Below, one piece after another: positions 1 to 10,646 of a DNA stretch of 64,000 nucleotides. Location: IMG/VR virus record IMGVR_UViG_3300005573_000071, positions 1 through 64,000 of that record. One strand, 5' to 3'. This DNA comes from a virus. Position 1 is the first letter of the stretch. Each line of letters starts with the position of its first letter. The notes under the pieces are model-generated. The model saw only the letters and a list, made by a program, of their open reading frames with translations. It did not search any database and was not told the DNA's origin. Made by a program: the position numbers and the translations under genes.

Positions 1-511
1 ATAGATTAGCTGTGCCTGTGAAGTTATTGTATGGCGTAATAGTGAGCGTTAGATTAGTGGTGCTGTTAGGTGTGGATGTTATGGATGTAGGAACTAGATT
101 AATGGTGAAGTAGGGAGTAGGTGAGCCGCCTATAGTTCCTTCGGCTCTTAGCCTGAGCCAATTCATACCATCGCTTACTATCTCTAAATTTTGAAATTGT
201 TGGAAGAACTCTATACTAGACTCTCCTAGAATATATTGTCCCGGATAAGGAAATATGGTAACGCTATGAGTAGAATCGTCAATCTTCCCTATCAAATAGT
301 GTCTACCTCTACAAGTTCGCGCATCAGGTAGATACACAAACCTATCTCCATCTGTAGCATCCACTAGTACGGCATAATGATTTGCACCTAGCGTAATGTT
401 TTCACTTACTTGTGTAACCGCGACAGCGAAAGAGCCACCACATATAAAGTTACTATTTGATAGATCACTATTGACTTGTACAAATTTTGTGATCAACTCA
501 TTTATATTCAT
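1..511 (-). CDS. Tail fibre/tail-associated protein, N-terminal part (runs off window start)
   Basis: Not in ORF track; translated by hand from ATG 511 (ATGA overlap with upstream stop): MNINELITKF...VLVDATDGDRFVYLPDA...KIDDSTHSVTIFP...LEIVSDGMNW, a typical tail-fibre repeat, then a Thr-rich Ig-like segment; open to position 1. Confidence 0.65.
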   Translation of the reverse strand, partial: MNINELITKFVQVNSDLSNSNFICGGSFAVAVTQVSENITLGANHYAVLVDATDGDRFVYLPDARTCRGRHYLIGKIDDSTHSVTIFPYPGQYILGESSIEFFQQFQNLEIVSDGMNWLRLRAEGTIGGSPTPYFTINLVPTSITSTPNSTTNLTLTITPYNNFTGTANL

Positions 512-813
512 TGTAATGGGCTCCTTACGATGTTTGCTATAAAGTTAATCATACCTGTGGACGACGCCGCAATGAGTGCGTCTCCAGGATCTAATGCTAT
601 ACCTGTTATGTTAATGACATCATTACCTTCAATACGAAAAGGTATTATATTTGTTTCATCAGGTGAAGAACCGTTGGGCACTAAATACAAAGAGACGTCC
701 GCAGGAGAGTCTCCCGTGTTTGCAACAAATAAGCTAACAGCGTTGAACTCATCTGAAGGACAGATATGTATAGTACTATTTTGATTTTGTGTTGGTCTCA
801 CAGCTTTTACCAT
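508..813 (-). CDS. Small tail/baseplate-associated beta-sandwich protein
   Basis: Translationally coupled in the minus-strand tail operon; LFVANTG...VSLYLVP...LDPGDAL pattern. Confidence 0.5.
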   Translation of the reverse strand: MVKAVRPTQNQNSTIHICPSDEFNAVSLFVANTGDSPADVSLYLVPNGSSPDETNIIPFRIEGNDVINITGIALDPGDALIAASSTGMINFIANIVRSPLQ

Positions 814-1496
814 GTTCCTACCTCCATTGCATATATATCAATTTTTGATGGAATTCTACCACGAACACCATGTACGTTACTTGTAGCGTTTATATGATCG
901 CGTATCTCTTGTATTTCTTGTTGTGTAAGTTGTGCAAAATTGATGACTGGAATCCATTCGTCGTACTCCCAACGGTAGAGTATTTTCTCTGTTGTATTGA
1001 GCCAGTATGCGTATTGTGTTATTAGCGGAGACCATCTTTCGTTTGTTGTAGGATCTTGAGAAGAAATAAAGAGAGGCGGTCTCATATCTCTTGTACTCTC
1101 GTCAGATACGACCATCTCATTTCGTACTTGTGCTAATCGGATATAGTAGCTAGGATTTTGTAAGTATAGATCGTTTGTTATAGCTTCTATTTTTGCTTGT
1201 GGTTGTGGCACGTTGTTTTGATGAACAAACGTGAGTACGATATCGTATGTTGTATTCTCTTCAGTTTGTAGAACGAGCTCTTCCTTTATATGAATCACCA
1301 CTCGATCTTTGACTGCAGTGCCTGGTGAGACTTTGTAGAATGCATAGCCATTGTTGTTACATATGTGTGAGACTTGAAGTCCGTATAACACAAATCCGAT
1401 TGATGTATCTGTGATTGCGTATTGTAAAATACGAAGATTGTCAGCCGTTAGATCGGCTTGATATAATGGAAATGTTTCTTGTAAAGGTACAGGCAT
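807..1496 (-). CDS. Putative baseplate/tail-fibre attachment protein
   Basis: AAGGAG RBS, GAACA motif upstream, first gene of an operon leading to the tail fibre gene. Confidence 0.45.
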   Translation of the reverse strand: MPVPLQETFPLYQADLTADNLRILQYAITDTSIGFVLYGLQVSHICNNNGYAFYKVSPGTAVKDRVVIHIKEELVLQTEENTTYDIVLTFVHQNNVPQPQAKIEAITNDLYLQNPSYYIRLAQVRNEMVVSDESTRDMRPPLFISSQDPTTNERWSPLITQYAYWLNTTEKILYRWEYDEWIPVINFAQLTQQEIQEIRDHINATSNVHGVRGRIPSKIDIYAMEVGTW

Positions 1497-1536
1497 TTTC
1501 CTAGATCTCCTTATTAGATTAACGTTTACTTAAGTT

Positions 1537-1559
1537 TGTTCGACGTTAATTTAAGAACA
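1537..1559. promoter_or_regulatory. Divergent pair of putative phage late promoters (GAACA on each strand)
   Basis: TGTTC 1537-1541 points to the gene at 1496; GAACA 1555-1559 points to the gene at 1594. Confidence 0.55.
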
Positions 1560-1593
1560 TTATTATCAGATACATAAAAGGAGGAATGAGTAT

Positions 1594-2280
1594 ATGCGAA
1601 TGTATTTGAGATACGTTCCGTTAACTGTAAATTTTACAGGTGCTGAGTATATTCAGCAGTATATTGACGAGCATTATAAACATGCGGTTACTTGGAATGC
1701 TGTTATTTCAGATGGAGTACACCACTACGGGTATTTATCATCTTCAGATGGAGATATGCTTGCAAAAGCTCTGCAAGCTGTTGAAGGCAGATACTCTGCT
1801 TCCGGACTTACAGAGCAAGAATTTATAGGAGCTTGCTATTTATTGTACAATCCCGCTCCAGCTATGGATCCTTCCAGACCCATACCTACAGTACTAGAGT
1901 TCCTTCAGAATGTTATCGGAAGAGCTGTCGAGGAGACTGAAGCTATAACTGCAGCTAAACAGTTCAAGAGATTTCTATTCAAGGAAGTAGTTCGTAAGCT
2001 ATTCCCTGACTACAACGATTTGATAGCAGATGTTACAAAAAGTGTTGTACTGTTATTGGGCTACAGTAATGAATTGACTTCGGAAGAGCAGGCTACAGTT
2101 GATTCATTGATGGCCACACTAAAACAAGTATATACAAAAGAGATGTGTATAGGTGCTCTACAATCTCTTACGACAAAACTTCAGCAGATTCTTGCTTCTT
2201 ACTATCAAGACGTTGTGAGACTACAGACTGCTGTAACTAAAGAAGAGATAGACGCTATTAAATTGTCTTTGGTATCATAA
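1594..2280 (+). CDS. Hypothetical protein, possibly tail fibre assembly chaperone
   Basis: AGGAGG RBS; helical C-terminus ending TAVTKEEIDAI resembles fibre-assembly chaperones. Confidence 0.4.
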   Translation: MRMYLRYVPLTVNFTGAEYIQQYIDEHYKHAVTWNAVISDGVHHYGYLSSSDGDMLAKALQAVEGRYSASGLTEQEFIGACYLLYNPAPAMDPSRPIPTVLEFLQNVIGRAVEETEAITAAKQFKRFLFKEVVRKLFPDYNDLIADVTKSVVLLLGYSNELTSEEQATVDSLMATLKQVYTKEMCIGALQSLTTKLQQILASYYQDVVRLQTAVTKEEIDAIKLSLVS

Positions 2281-2288
2281 ACAGGTAG

Positions 2289-2771
2289 ATGGCATCTCTT
2301 GAGTTCGTAGGTTTCAAAGGAGTTTCTCTCTTTAGTAAGTTTGTGAAGTTCTTTACAAGAGGAGATTACTCTCATATTGCGGTATTATTGTCCGACGGAG
2401 AGTTGATCGAAGTTTGGAAACGTAGCAGTGGAGTTTACTGGGATTATTCTACCTTACAAAATCATACAAAAGGTACGCCTTATGAAGTCTATTCATTACC
2501 TGTTTCAAGCGAGGTGGCAGAGAAAGCATTATCTTTTTATAGATACCTTGCTTTACGTCGTATACCTTATAATTATTTAGGTGTTATTGGTTTTGTGATA
2601 CCCGTGTTTACATCTAATGGAGGTTATTTCTGTAGTGAGGGATGCTGGGAAGGTCTTGCGTTTGCGTCTCCAGATTTTAGGGATATCGAAGGCTGGCGAG
2701 TTTCTCCCACTACATTCATCAAGCTTATTAGGTTGAGAGGTGCTGAATTGGTACATACGGGAGAAGTATGA
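2289..2771 (+). CDS. Permuted papain-like (NlpC/P60 superfamily) peptidase/amidase
   Basis: YSHIAV His precedes YNY and YFCSE Cys, the permuted order. Confidence 0.7.
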   Translation: MASLEFVGFKGVSLFSKFVKFFTRGDYSHIAVLLSDGELIEVWKRSSGVYWDYSTLQNHTKGTPYEVYSLPVSSEVAEKALSFYRYLALRRIPYNYLGVIGFVIPVFTSNGGYFCSEGCWEGLAFASPDFRDIEGWRVSPTTFIKLIRLRGAELVHTGEV

Positions 2772-3083
2772 ATTGGGATAGTAAGTGGAATCCTTTTGGT
2801 AATTTTCGATGATGGTTTACCAACTCCTATAGTTGAGAGATTCGGAAAGGTAAAAGGATTCATATATTGGTACTTTATTCGTAATCCACTCCACAACTTC
2901 TGTTTCTATTGGATTGGCTTTAAAGATCGTAATCTCGACTATAGTCAAATATGGAATCAGAAGCAATCTTGGAATCTTGTCTTGCCTTTCTTCTCTTATA
3001 GAGGAAAGAAGTGGGAGTTTTACTTTGGTTGGAGACCCGATACTAAAGCTATTGGGTTTGCTCTCAGGAGGATAAAGAAATGA
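2768..3083 (+). CDS. Trp-rich hypothetical protein, frameshifted (+1 T at 2803-2806)
   Basis: ATG 2768 overlaps previous stop; removing one T joins MNWDSKWNPFGN to FDDGLPTP... (104 aa). Confidence 0.6.
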
Positions 3084-3733
3084 ATCTTTCAGTAAGACTT
3101 GCAAATGATGATGTTCTTTCTGTTGTAAACTGGTTTGTCAAATCAAACGAGATAAAGTCTATCTTAGATTTAGGCTGTGGAGATGCTCACTATCATAAAC
3201 ATATTGATGTAGAGCGAATTGTGGGCATAGATAAGATTCCAAATCCGTATGTACTACACGATATTGAAAGCTTTCCATATCCTATCACTGAAACTTTTGA
3301 TATGATAACATTATTGGATGTATTAGAACATACTCGTAGTCCTTACACTGTTCTGAGTAACATCAAACAGTATATTCGTCCACAAGGCTATGTCTTTATC
3401 AGTGTGCCCAATATTGAATGTATTGATGATCTTCTATCACACACAAATATTGCAGTTTACGATCCTAGATTGATAACAACTACGAACGGTCGTTGGTGTG
3501 AGGACCATATACGATTCTTTAATATATCCGCATTAGTAAACTTAGTACAGAGTTGTGGTTATGAGATTGTGTTGCTCACAGGTGCAAATTGGTATGCCTC
3601 CCAATTTGGAAAGCATTTATGTGATCATTTTGCTGGGAGATTAAACTTACCCGTTACACAAATTATAAGACTTTTAGGAGAGACCTTTCCTATGTACTCT
3701 CCTACTCTTGTAACTATTCTGAAGACTGTCTAG
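3080..3733 (+). CDS. Class I SAM-dependent methyltransferase
   Basis: ILDLGCG, VGID, FDMITLLDVLEH, ISVPN motifs. Confidence 0.85.
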   Translation: MNLSVRLANDDVLSVVNWFVKSNEIKSILDLGCGDAHYHKHIDVERIVGIDKIPNPYVLHDIESFPYPITETFDMITLLDVLEHTRSPYTVLSNIKQYIRPQGYVFISVPNIECIDDLLSHTNIAVYDPRLITTTNGRWCEDHIRFFNISALVNLVQSCGYEIVLLTGANWYASQFGKHLCDHFAGRLNLPVTQIIRLLGETFPMYSPTLVTILKTV

Positions 3734-4647
3734 CCTTCTAAGACTGTAGGTCCAGCTTGAGTATAGTAGTTAGTGTACTCCTTTTGCTCTCGTACACTAC
3801 TAAGTTCTTCTAAGAACGAGCGTTTCTCACTTGGGAGTTCAAACATGCCTAATTCGCTTCCGGCAGATTTCCCTATTTTTCGTAGTGTTGTTTCTGCTTT
3901 TACTTGAAGGAGAGACATTACTTGTTGTTTTATGTTACCTTCCTTTTCAATAGCATGTAAGAGCGGAGGTCCATAAAGCAGTTTGTCAAACAAGAAAGTG
4001 ACATTAAGCGTTCTAAAGGAGTAGTTAGAGACGTCCAACTGCATACTATTTAGTGGCACAACTTGTGGAAACGCATTAAGTACTAGTACGGCATATACAA
4101 GCTCAATAGTGGGCGTAAAACTGAGAATTAGTATGTTCCCTTTATATGGTCCCACTAGTTTTGATCTATCGATCTCTTCGAATGAGATTCCGCTTTTGTT
4201 ATCCGCTGGCTTGATAGGACGATAGAGTTTTTGTTGTGTGAGCTTACATCCAGGTAACAATGAGTGCCATGTTGTTAGCAGATTTAAAGTAAAACTGAAT
4301 TCGTCATCGATCAATACTATTTCAAGAGTATGATCGTAGTTGAATTTGTATGTGAATACGTACGTATTATCGTTGTATCCTCGCCATTCTATTGGGTTGT
4401 CATATGTTATGACCGGCAAAGTGATTTGTTGGATGGACCCCACAAAATACCATTGGGAGACATCATCGATCACCTTAGAGATAGCGCCTGTAGTACCCCC
4501 CAATAGCGGTAACTCAAATAGGCAACAATAGAAGCCATCGATATGCGGGACAACAATACTTGAAAGATCAATGAGATTACCCCCTTGATCAGGGGTAATC
4601 ACATAAGGATCTCGTCTTAGCGCCGCGGTTGCTATATCGTTACTCAT
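3730..4647 (-). CDS. Tail tube-like protein (gp19/gp54-like)
   Basis: Directly downstream of sheath; ITLP...YKG...NAFPQ...VTF pattern shared with 9705-10385. Confidence 0.55.
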   Translation of the reverse strand: MSNDIATAALRRDPYVITPDQGGNLIDLSSIVVPHIDGFYCCLFELPLLGGTTGAISKVIDDVSQWYFVGSIQQITLPVITYDNPIEWRGYNDNTYVFTYKFNYDHTLEIVLIDDEFSFTLNLLTTWHSLLPGCKLTQQKLYRPIKPADNKSGISFEEIDRSKLVGPYKGNILILSFTPTIELVYAVLVLNAFPQVVPLNSMQLDVSNYSFRTLNVTFLFDKLLYGPPLLHAIEKEGNIKQQVMSLLQVKAETTLRKIGKSAGSELGMFELPSEKRSFLEELSSVREQKEYTNYYTQAGPTVLEG

Positions 4648-4648
4648 T

Positions 4649-7174
4649 TTATCTCACGATTATGTTGAGAAGTATTTTCTCAGTTGTACGTGTTGGTTTG
4701 ATGATAACGTTAACGTGGAATGATTTCGCTCTTATCTCGTATTCATTAGCTCCTACTTCGACTGCATATTCATAGAGTCCTCTACGTGTGGCAATTTCTG
4801 CGAGTACTCCTTCGGCAGCTCTTCTTGCTTGTGCCCAAGTGAATGCGTCGTTTTGTTCAAATATGAACTCACTAAGTGTTCTCTCAAGTCTCTTTCTGAG
4901 ATAGAGTACTAATCTCACTATATTGATGTCTGAGAGCGCACTAGATTTGCGTTGAGTTGTAAGCTGTCCGTATACCATATATCTCTTATTCTTGTAAATG
5001 ATTGGATTGATCTGATTCAAATATAAGATGTCTAAGTCTCCACCAAATGCGTTGAATAGAAGTTTCTCTGGAGCGGGTATAGTTCCTCTTTGTGGACCCG
5101 CAGGAGCGAACCAAAGTTCTCCTACCATATCACTATAAGGTATGACACTCGCCATAAAGTAAGAAGGAGCTACAGTTATCACTTTACCTTCGAAGAATGA
5201 GTAGACCTTAGTATGTGGTGCATATAGTCCAGCAATATATGTATTGTAAGCAAGTGTGGTGTTACGTGTCTGTACGGCTTGGTTCACGCTTATACACTTA
5301 TCGAGATCTAGCACAGCAAAGCAATCTCCTCTAGATAGACAAAGCTCTATTATCGCATCTTTTACTGCTTTTGGAAATCCTGCATCAAATACTAGAGAGA
5401 TATCATTATCTTCTGTATCGACAACTCTTATGTCATACAAGCCTTTGAGAGCTGCAATGATACATTTTGTCATTACAGCTACATTGATACTATTGTCTTC
5501 TCTGAGTAAGCAGCCTTCGCTTCCTCCTCTGAGAGGTATTGAGAATGCAAAGTCGGAAGAGTTGATCGTTATGTCTACATAGGCGAGAGTGCTCAGAAGT
5601 CTGTCAAGAACTGTTTGTGGTGTTCCGGCTGTGTGGTCATAGTATGTTGTTTCTACTCCGTTTCTTGCGTATGTGAGTACAGGATCTATTGTATTTGCGA
5701 GCTGATTCAATCTATCGATATTGCAGTAACATTTAATGTATGCAGAGTATTTGTTGAGCACATCTTCAACGAATGTTGACAAGCCTGTTCCGTCTACAGT
5801 TCCAGGAACGAAGCTAACTGTGAACACTTCTAAATCTGTTGTTGTATTGAAGAGAGGCTCAGTTGCAGACACACGAATTTCATAGTGTTTATCCATATTG
5901 AGAATAGGTCTTATCTTGATTGACAGATCGTTGTAGTAGTTACCTCTACCTTTGGAAGCAAAGATGATTAGTGGTTCCGTGACACACGGAACTGGAACCT
6001 CTGAGTTAGTTAATGATATGTTATTGTATGTCCAGTAATCTGCTAACCAATCTTTTGTAGCTGGAATCTGACGGAGTGTATATTGATAGTCAAGTATTGT
6101 CCTTAGATTGTGGTCAATTGTTGTATCCGTTACAGGATCAATGAATTTCTCTCTATAGCGGGTTGCAAACACTATTCCTTTCTTCTCTATCTTTACGTAT
6201 TCATTCTCTTGTAAAGTTCTCAAGAGTATTATCCCATTTCCGCCAACCATCTCTTTGTAATCTGTACCGAGGACAAGAGGTGTAGTTCCTCCTCCAGGAG
6301 ACATCAACGTTACTGTTAGCTGTTTCTGTCCGGGTACAAATCTGAATGGTGTATAGATTCCTATAGGCGGAAGTGTCTCTTCTGTTACGGGTGTAGATAG
6401 GAATACTTGATCGTCTGTTATTGTGAACACGTTTTGAGGATCCGCCATAGGATCAGGAAACCTAGGAACTAATGTTGGCCGATCATGAGGATTAGCAATC
6501 GCATACAAACTTGCATAGTTATGGTTTACTTTATATACATAAATTCTACTACCCGCTTCGATTGTACCTGTTATGTGTATTGTTGATGACTGCGTGTTAG
6601 GAGCACCAACTTCTGTATAATCTGTGTAAGGCTCACCATCCACATAAATTCTTAGTTCTTGTCTACCTACAGTATAGAATAAAGGTGTAACATCGAGATC
6701 GAAATTTGTTTGTGATACGTCTAGCACAGTTGTGTATGTGTCTAAAATGACATTCGGATCGAGTTTCATATTCAGCATATCGATGTCTTTCAGATTCACT
6801 AATGTAAGAACTGCGGCAGCAAAAGTAGCTGGCTTATTGACCCAAGGTGTGTATGCCGTCAACGGTGGAGTGAGTGTTCCAGATTCAATAAGTTCTGCCG
6901 TATCTTCTACGGTAGGCAGAGGACGAATTACATAGAGATTACTACTGTAGGTAAGGAAGTTGAAAGCATTGTAGAGCGCTTGGCCATATTTAGATATATT
7001 AGGAGCACCAAATGTGTTGACGAGAGCACCTTGGCTACCTACGAATATAAGTGTATTATCTTCGCCTTTTTTAGAGAGAATAGGAATGAATCCTGTTGTA
7101 CCCGGAATTGGTGTTGCGAAGATCGATTGGTCTATAATTTTTGTGTATACACCTGGCGCTACTTGTGTAGGCAT
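4649..7174 (-). CDS. Contractile tail sheath protein (gp18-like) with inserted domains
   Basis: APGVYTKIID N-terminus; RGDCFAVLD, WFAPAGPQRG, LYLNQINPI, INIVRL, FIFEQND C-terminal motifs. Confidence 0.92.
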   Translation of the reverse strand: MPTQVAPGVYTKIIDQSIFATPIPGTTGFIPILSKKGEDNTLIFVGSQGALVNTFGAPNISKYGQALYNAFNFLTYSSNLYVIRPLPTVEDTAELIESGTLTPPLTAYTPWVNKPATFAAAVLTLVNLKDIDMLNMKLDPNVILDTYTTVLDVSQTNFDLDVTPLFYTVGRQELRIYVDGEPYTDYTEVGAPNTQSSTIHITGTIEAGSRIYVYKVNHNYASLYAIANPHDRPTLVPRFPDPMADPQNVFTITDDQVFLSTPVTEETLPPIGIYTPFRFVPGQKQLTVTLMSPGGGTTPLVLGTDYKEMVGGNGIILLRTLQENEYVKIEKKGIVFATRYREKFIDPVTDTTIDHNLRTILDYQYTLRQIPATKDWLADYWTYNNISLTNSEVPVPCVTEPLIIFASKGRGNYYNDLSIKIRPILNMDKHYEIRVSATEPLFNTTTDLEVFTVSFVPGTVDGTGLSTFVEDVLNKYSAYIKCYCNIDRLNQLANTIDPVLTYARNGVETTYYDHTAGTPQTVLDRLLSTLAYVDITINSSDFAFSIPLRGGSEGCLLREDNSINVAVMTKCIIAALKGLYDIRVVDTEDNDISLVFDAGFPKAVKDAIIELCLSRGDCFAVLDLDKCISVNQAVQTRNTTLAYNTYIAGLYAPHTKVYSFFEGKVITVAPSYFMASVIPYSDMVGELWFAPAGPQRGTIPAPEKLLFNAFGGDLDILYLNQINPIIYKNKRYMVYGQLTTQRKSSALSDINIVRLVLYLRKRLERTLSEFIFEQNDAFTWAQARRAAEGVLAEIATRRGLYEYAVEVGANEYEIRAKSFHVNVIIKPTRTTEKILLNIIVR

Positions 7175-7202
7175 AATACTATTACCTCCCTTTTAAATTT
7201 AC

Positions 7203-7224
7203 TGTTCTTGACTATTTTTTGTTC
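7203..7224 (-). promoter_or_regulatory. Putative late promoter(s), two GAACA copies upstream of sheath
   Basis: TGTTC at 7203-7207 and 7220-7224. Confidence 0.55.
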
Positions 7225-7298
7225 AGTTGCGGGAGGCCGCTTACGCATACACAAACAAGTTTAGAGTAATTCCTACTCTTCTGTGTTTTGTTTCTTTT

Positions 7299-9701
7299 TT
7301 AGCAGATTACGTCTAGTTTCTCTACTACACGTACTACGATATCGTCTATTGACTCAACCCAAATGAACTCTGGTACATAATTACGAATCTCTGTTTTTGG
7401 AATATGTATATTTGGATCGAATTCGTAGTAAATTGGAATTGTTGGATATACAAGTTCTGCACTTAGCACGCCACTAACAGACGTTATGATGTTAAGGAGA
7501 GTTTCTCTGAGTAAGGATTTGTGGATCCCTCCTGTTTTTACTTCGTTCCAGATTGCACTGCGTACATTATTGAGTACTTCTAGTGCGCTCGCATCTTTGC
7601 TTACAACTATATGCACTTCTATTTTTAGTGGTACATTAGGTAGATTGTTTCTGCATTCTGGTGTGTAACAGATTGCTGCTATTGAAGGATTGTAGAGTAG
7701 ATTGCGTATCTTACCATAAGTACGAGCCCAAGCAATATTTACTTTATTTGTGATCATTCGTCTGGAGTCAATCCAATTCTTGAATTGTATGAGATATGAG
7801 AATAAGACTGTATGTATGAGATCTCTCTTCTCGAAATATGATGTTGTTTCAAATACTGGTACATCGTTCATGATAATACATTCAGGACAATCCCCGCTTT
7901 GTGAGGCTATTCTATATCGAATGTTGAAGATACTCGAGAAATCGACTTTCAGATATATACCAGAGGCGTAGCCATCATATAGTGTCTCACGAACACTTAG
8001 AACTTCTCCTTCTATATTTATAGATAGGATATATAAATGTGGCTGTACTAAAGAGTTTGCGAGTGTAGTGTTTAATGTGAAAGTTGTTTGTGTAGATGTT
8101 GATTGGATATCTGAGATCGTCCAAGTTTGAAGTGTATGTATATTGTTTGTGATCGTGTCTTGTAATTTGAGTGTAACTGATGGAAAGAGTTGTCTAATCA
8201 AATCTTCTGTTATCTCTTCATCTTCTTCTACAGTTATTCTGCAGTATAGAGAGATATTGTAAAGTTCGTTTATTCGATCGTAGTCAAAATTGATACTTGC
8301 AACTGTAAACGTAAGCAACGGAGATAGAGAATGAGCAGATCTATATTTCGTCGTAGGACTTAGTCTTACATACGGTGGGATATAGATGTATTGTAGAGCA
8401 TAAGTATCTTTATAGATATCAAACGGTACGATCCAGTTCACGCCTTCGTATGCTATTTGCTGTTCGTATGAGACTAGTTTGTTTGTGTTTGTAGGGGTTG
8501 GTACTACCAAAGGAATAGTAGATACTTTAAGTGGTATGTTATTGATATGTGGTACTAGAAAGAGTGTAGTTTCGTTAGCACTCAAGTCTGACGTTCTTAC
8601 TACCGGAAGAGCGTCAATAGCAAACGAAGGAAACGAGAGTTTGACTAGATCGATTCCATCTGTAGTGCTTACAAGTCTGTCACGAGATCTAAGAGAGCGT
8701 ATAGTGTTGATTCTTATTTCGTTGTAGCTCTCTTCGTCTGTTCCCTTTGGAATATCGATATGAGATGTATACGTTTGAAGCACGCCTTTTGTGAGTACAT
8801 CAATAAGTTGTGTGCTTAATGTGAGTTCGTTAGCAGATACTCCGCCACCGCTTCCTGCTGTAACTTGTAGAGAGATTTTAACAACATTACCTACATCTTC
8901 CTTACGACCAAATATTCCATTGCCTAGATTGATGGTTATACTATCAGCATCTATTTTTGCTACAAATCCAGCTTCTCCTCTAGGTACTTCGAAGATTGAT
9001 CGATAGCTGTTGTATCTAACATTGTTAACAATAACTGTAACCTCTCCAATCTGATATTTCTCAAGCTCATCTGTTGTGAAGTAGTCAAGTAGATTTAGTT
9101 TGATTGTTGGGAGAGCGTAGTCTTGTATGTCTGTATCTTTTATGACGTATGTAATATCAACAGTACGAGCTTGTATAACAGGAACTAAGATCGTCCAAGC
9201 GGAAAATACATTATCTTTATAAGTAACTTGATTAATGTATGATGTAAGTACGTCTTTTGTTATAGGCGTGAATAGCTCTGCAAGAAGTATGTTTCGTTCC
9301 ATATCGAAGTTGAGCTGAATCTCTCCTTCAGATTCGTAGGTGATGAGCGGATCATTAGAGACGAACTCCCATTTCATCTTATCTGTCTTGAATTTGGAGA
9401 GGTTCTCCAATGGTATATGTACTCTTACGATACCTTTTGCTGGCACGGCAGGTTTTGGTGTATAGCCAAGAGAGAGGGCGTGTTCATAGATCGATGATGG
9501 GAGGAGTGCTTTTGTGAGAAAGGTTTCGTTATGTAGGAGATTCAAATAGAAGATCGCATCCTCTCCAAGTACACTAAGTAAGTGTAAGTAGTTACCAAGT
9601 AAAGAAGAATTGTCGATCTCAACAGGAGATCCTAGATTCTTAACTAGTTCAGTTTTGAGATATTCGAATATCTCTTGATACGCTGCAGGATTAGTTAGCA
9701 T
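7299..9701 (-). CDS. Baseplate wedge subunit (gp6-like)
   Basis: ETFLTKA...SIYEHALSLGYTP, LGNGIFG, GTDEES..EIR, RLVSTTD motifs. Confidence 0.85.
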   Translation of the reverse strand: MLTNPAAYQEIFEYLKTELVKNLGSPVEIDNSSLLGNYLHLLSVLGEDAIFYLNLLHNETFLTKALLPSSIYEHALSLGYTPKPAVPAKGIVRVHIPLENLSKFKTDKMKWEFVSNDPLITYESEGEIQLNFDMERNILLAELFTPITKDVLTSYINQVTYKDNVFSAWTILVPVIQARTVDITYVIKDTDIQDYALPTIKLNLLDYFTTDELEKYQIGEVTVIVNNVRYNSYRSIFEVPRGEAGFVAKIDADSITINLGNGIFGRKEDVGNVVKISLQVTAGSGGGVSANELTLSTQLIDVLTKGVLQTYTSHIDIPKGTDEESYNEIRINTIRSLRSRDRLVSTTDGIDLVKLSFPSFAIDALPVVRTSDLSANETTLFLVPHINNIPLKVSTIPLVVPTPTNTNKLVSYEQQIAYEGVNWIVPFDIYKDTYALQYIYIPPYVRLSPTTKYRSAHSLSPLLTFTVASINFDYDRINELYNISLYCRITVEEDEEITEDLIRQLFPSVTLKLQDTITNNIHTLQTWTISDIQSTSTQTTFTLNTTLANSLVQPHLYILSINIEGEVLSVRETLYDGYASGIYLKVDFSSIFNIRYRIASQSGDCPECIIMNDVPVFETTSYFEKRDLIHTVLFSYLIQFKNWIDSRRMITNKVNIAWARTYGKIRNLLYNPSIAAICYTPECRNNLPNVPLKIEVHIVVSKDASALEVLNNVRSAIWNEVKTGGIHKSLLRETLLNIITSVSGVLSAELVYPTIPIYYEFDPNIHIPKTEIRNYVPEFIWVESIDDIVVRVVEKLDVIC

Positions 9702-9704
9702 CTA

Positions 9705-10385
9705 TTAAGATACTGTGAATGGTACTGTGCCTCTATACTGATCGATTGTGGTGCGGGCGATGTCAAGGAGTGCGGCTGCATCTTTGTCCGATGCGTCTGT
9801 TACTACAGAACGGTCTACTGCGAATGTTGAAGAGTACTCGATTAAATCGTTTGTAGCCACATCTGCTGTGTAACCGGAGTATGGAATTGTCTGAGGCCAA
9901 AGTCCGTAGAGTTTGACTGCAAATGCGCAAACGGTTATTGATGGATCTGTTGCGAGAAAGATAGCGTGGCCTTTGTATTGATTCATTGAGAATGCTGTCT
10001 TAGCATCAGCTACGCCTGCGAAATGGTTTCTGATCGAGTTACTCCAAGTAGCAAGTAGTTGAATAATTGGTGGTATAGAATCATCACGTACGATCTCAAG
10101 TAGTCTCACTTCAAACGTTGTTGTCTGCTCTAATGCTGCGGGTACGACAGTTCTTACTCCGCCCAAGCCAATTCTTTCAACTGGAGTGATGTTTACATCA
10201 GGTAGAGTGAGGGCTGTGCATAGAGCCATAAACTGCTTTGATACGAGAGTAGCATCCATTTGCGATAACGCATCTGGAAGCTTCGTAAGTTGAAAGAAGA
10301 AGTAACCAGAAATAAGAGGATCCCACTCATAAGTACCATCTTTGGTAATTGGAGATCGTAGCAATGTGTTAAATACATTCGGCAT
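9705..10385 (-). CDS. Tail tube protein (gp19-like)
   Basis: Size, TLPD, YKG, GLWP..I, STFAVD pattern; strong RBS and GAACA (10416-10420) upstream. Confidence 0.7.
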   Translation of the reverse strand: MPNVFNTLLRSPITKDGTYEWDPLISGYFFFQLTKLPDALSQMDATLVSKQFMALCTALTLPDVNITPVERIGLGGVRTVVPAALEQTTTFEVRLLEIVRDDSIPPIIQLLATWSNSIRNHFAGVADAKTAFSMNQYKGHAIFLATDPSITVCAFAVKLYGLWPQTIPYSGYTADVATNDLIEYSSTFAVDRSVVTDASDKDAAALLDIARTTIDQYRGTVPFTVS

Positions 10386-10418
10386 TTTACTTTCCTCCTA
10401 TAAATATTAATAAATTGT

Positions 10419-10646
10419 TCAGTTAGTTTTCCTACTATGTTTCTTAGCCTCTTTTGGAAGAGATGTTACGGTAGCTGTTGTTTCTTCTTGCTTTTGATGT
10501 GCGTCTTTTATTTGTTGTAGTTGAGTGATATAGGACTCGAGTGTTGTTCTCAATTGATCACACTCGTTTTGCTGCACACGTAATTTCACATAAAGCTCTC
10601 CTATAAGACTCATTAGAAAGTCCATTGAGACGGAGACTTCTCCCAT
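10419..10646 (-). CDS. Small coiled-coil hypothetical protein
   Basis: AAGGAGG RBS; LIGELYVK...coiled coil. Confidence 0.6.
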   Translation of the reverse strand: MGEVSVSMDFLMSLIGELYVKLRVQQNECDQLRTTLESYITQLQQIKDAHQKQEETTATVTSLPKEAKKHSRKTN

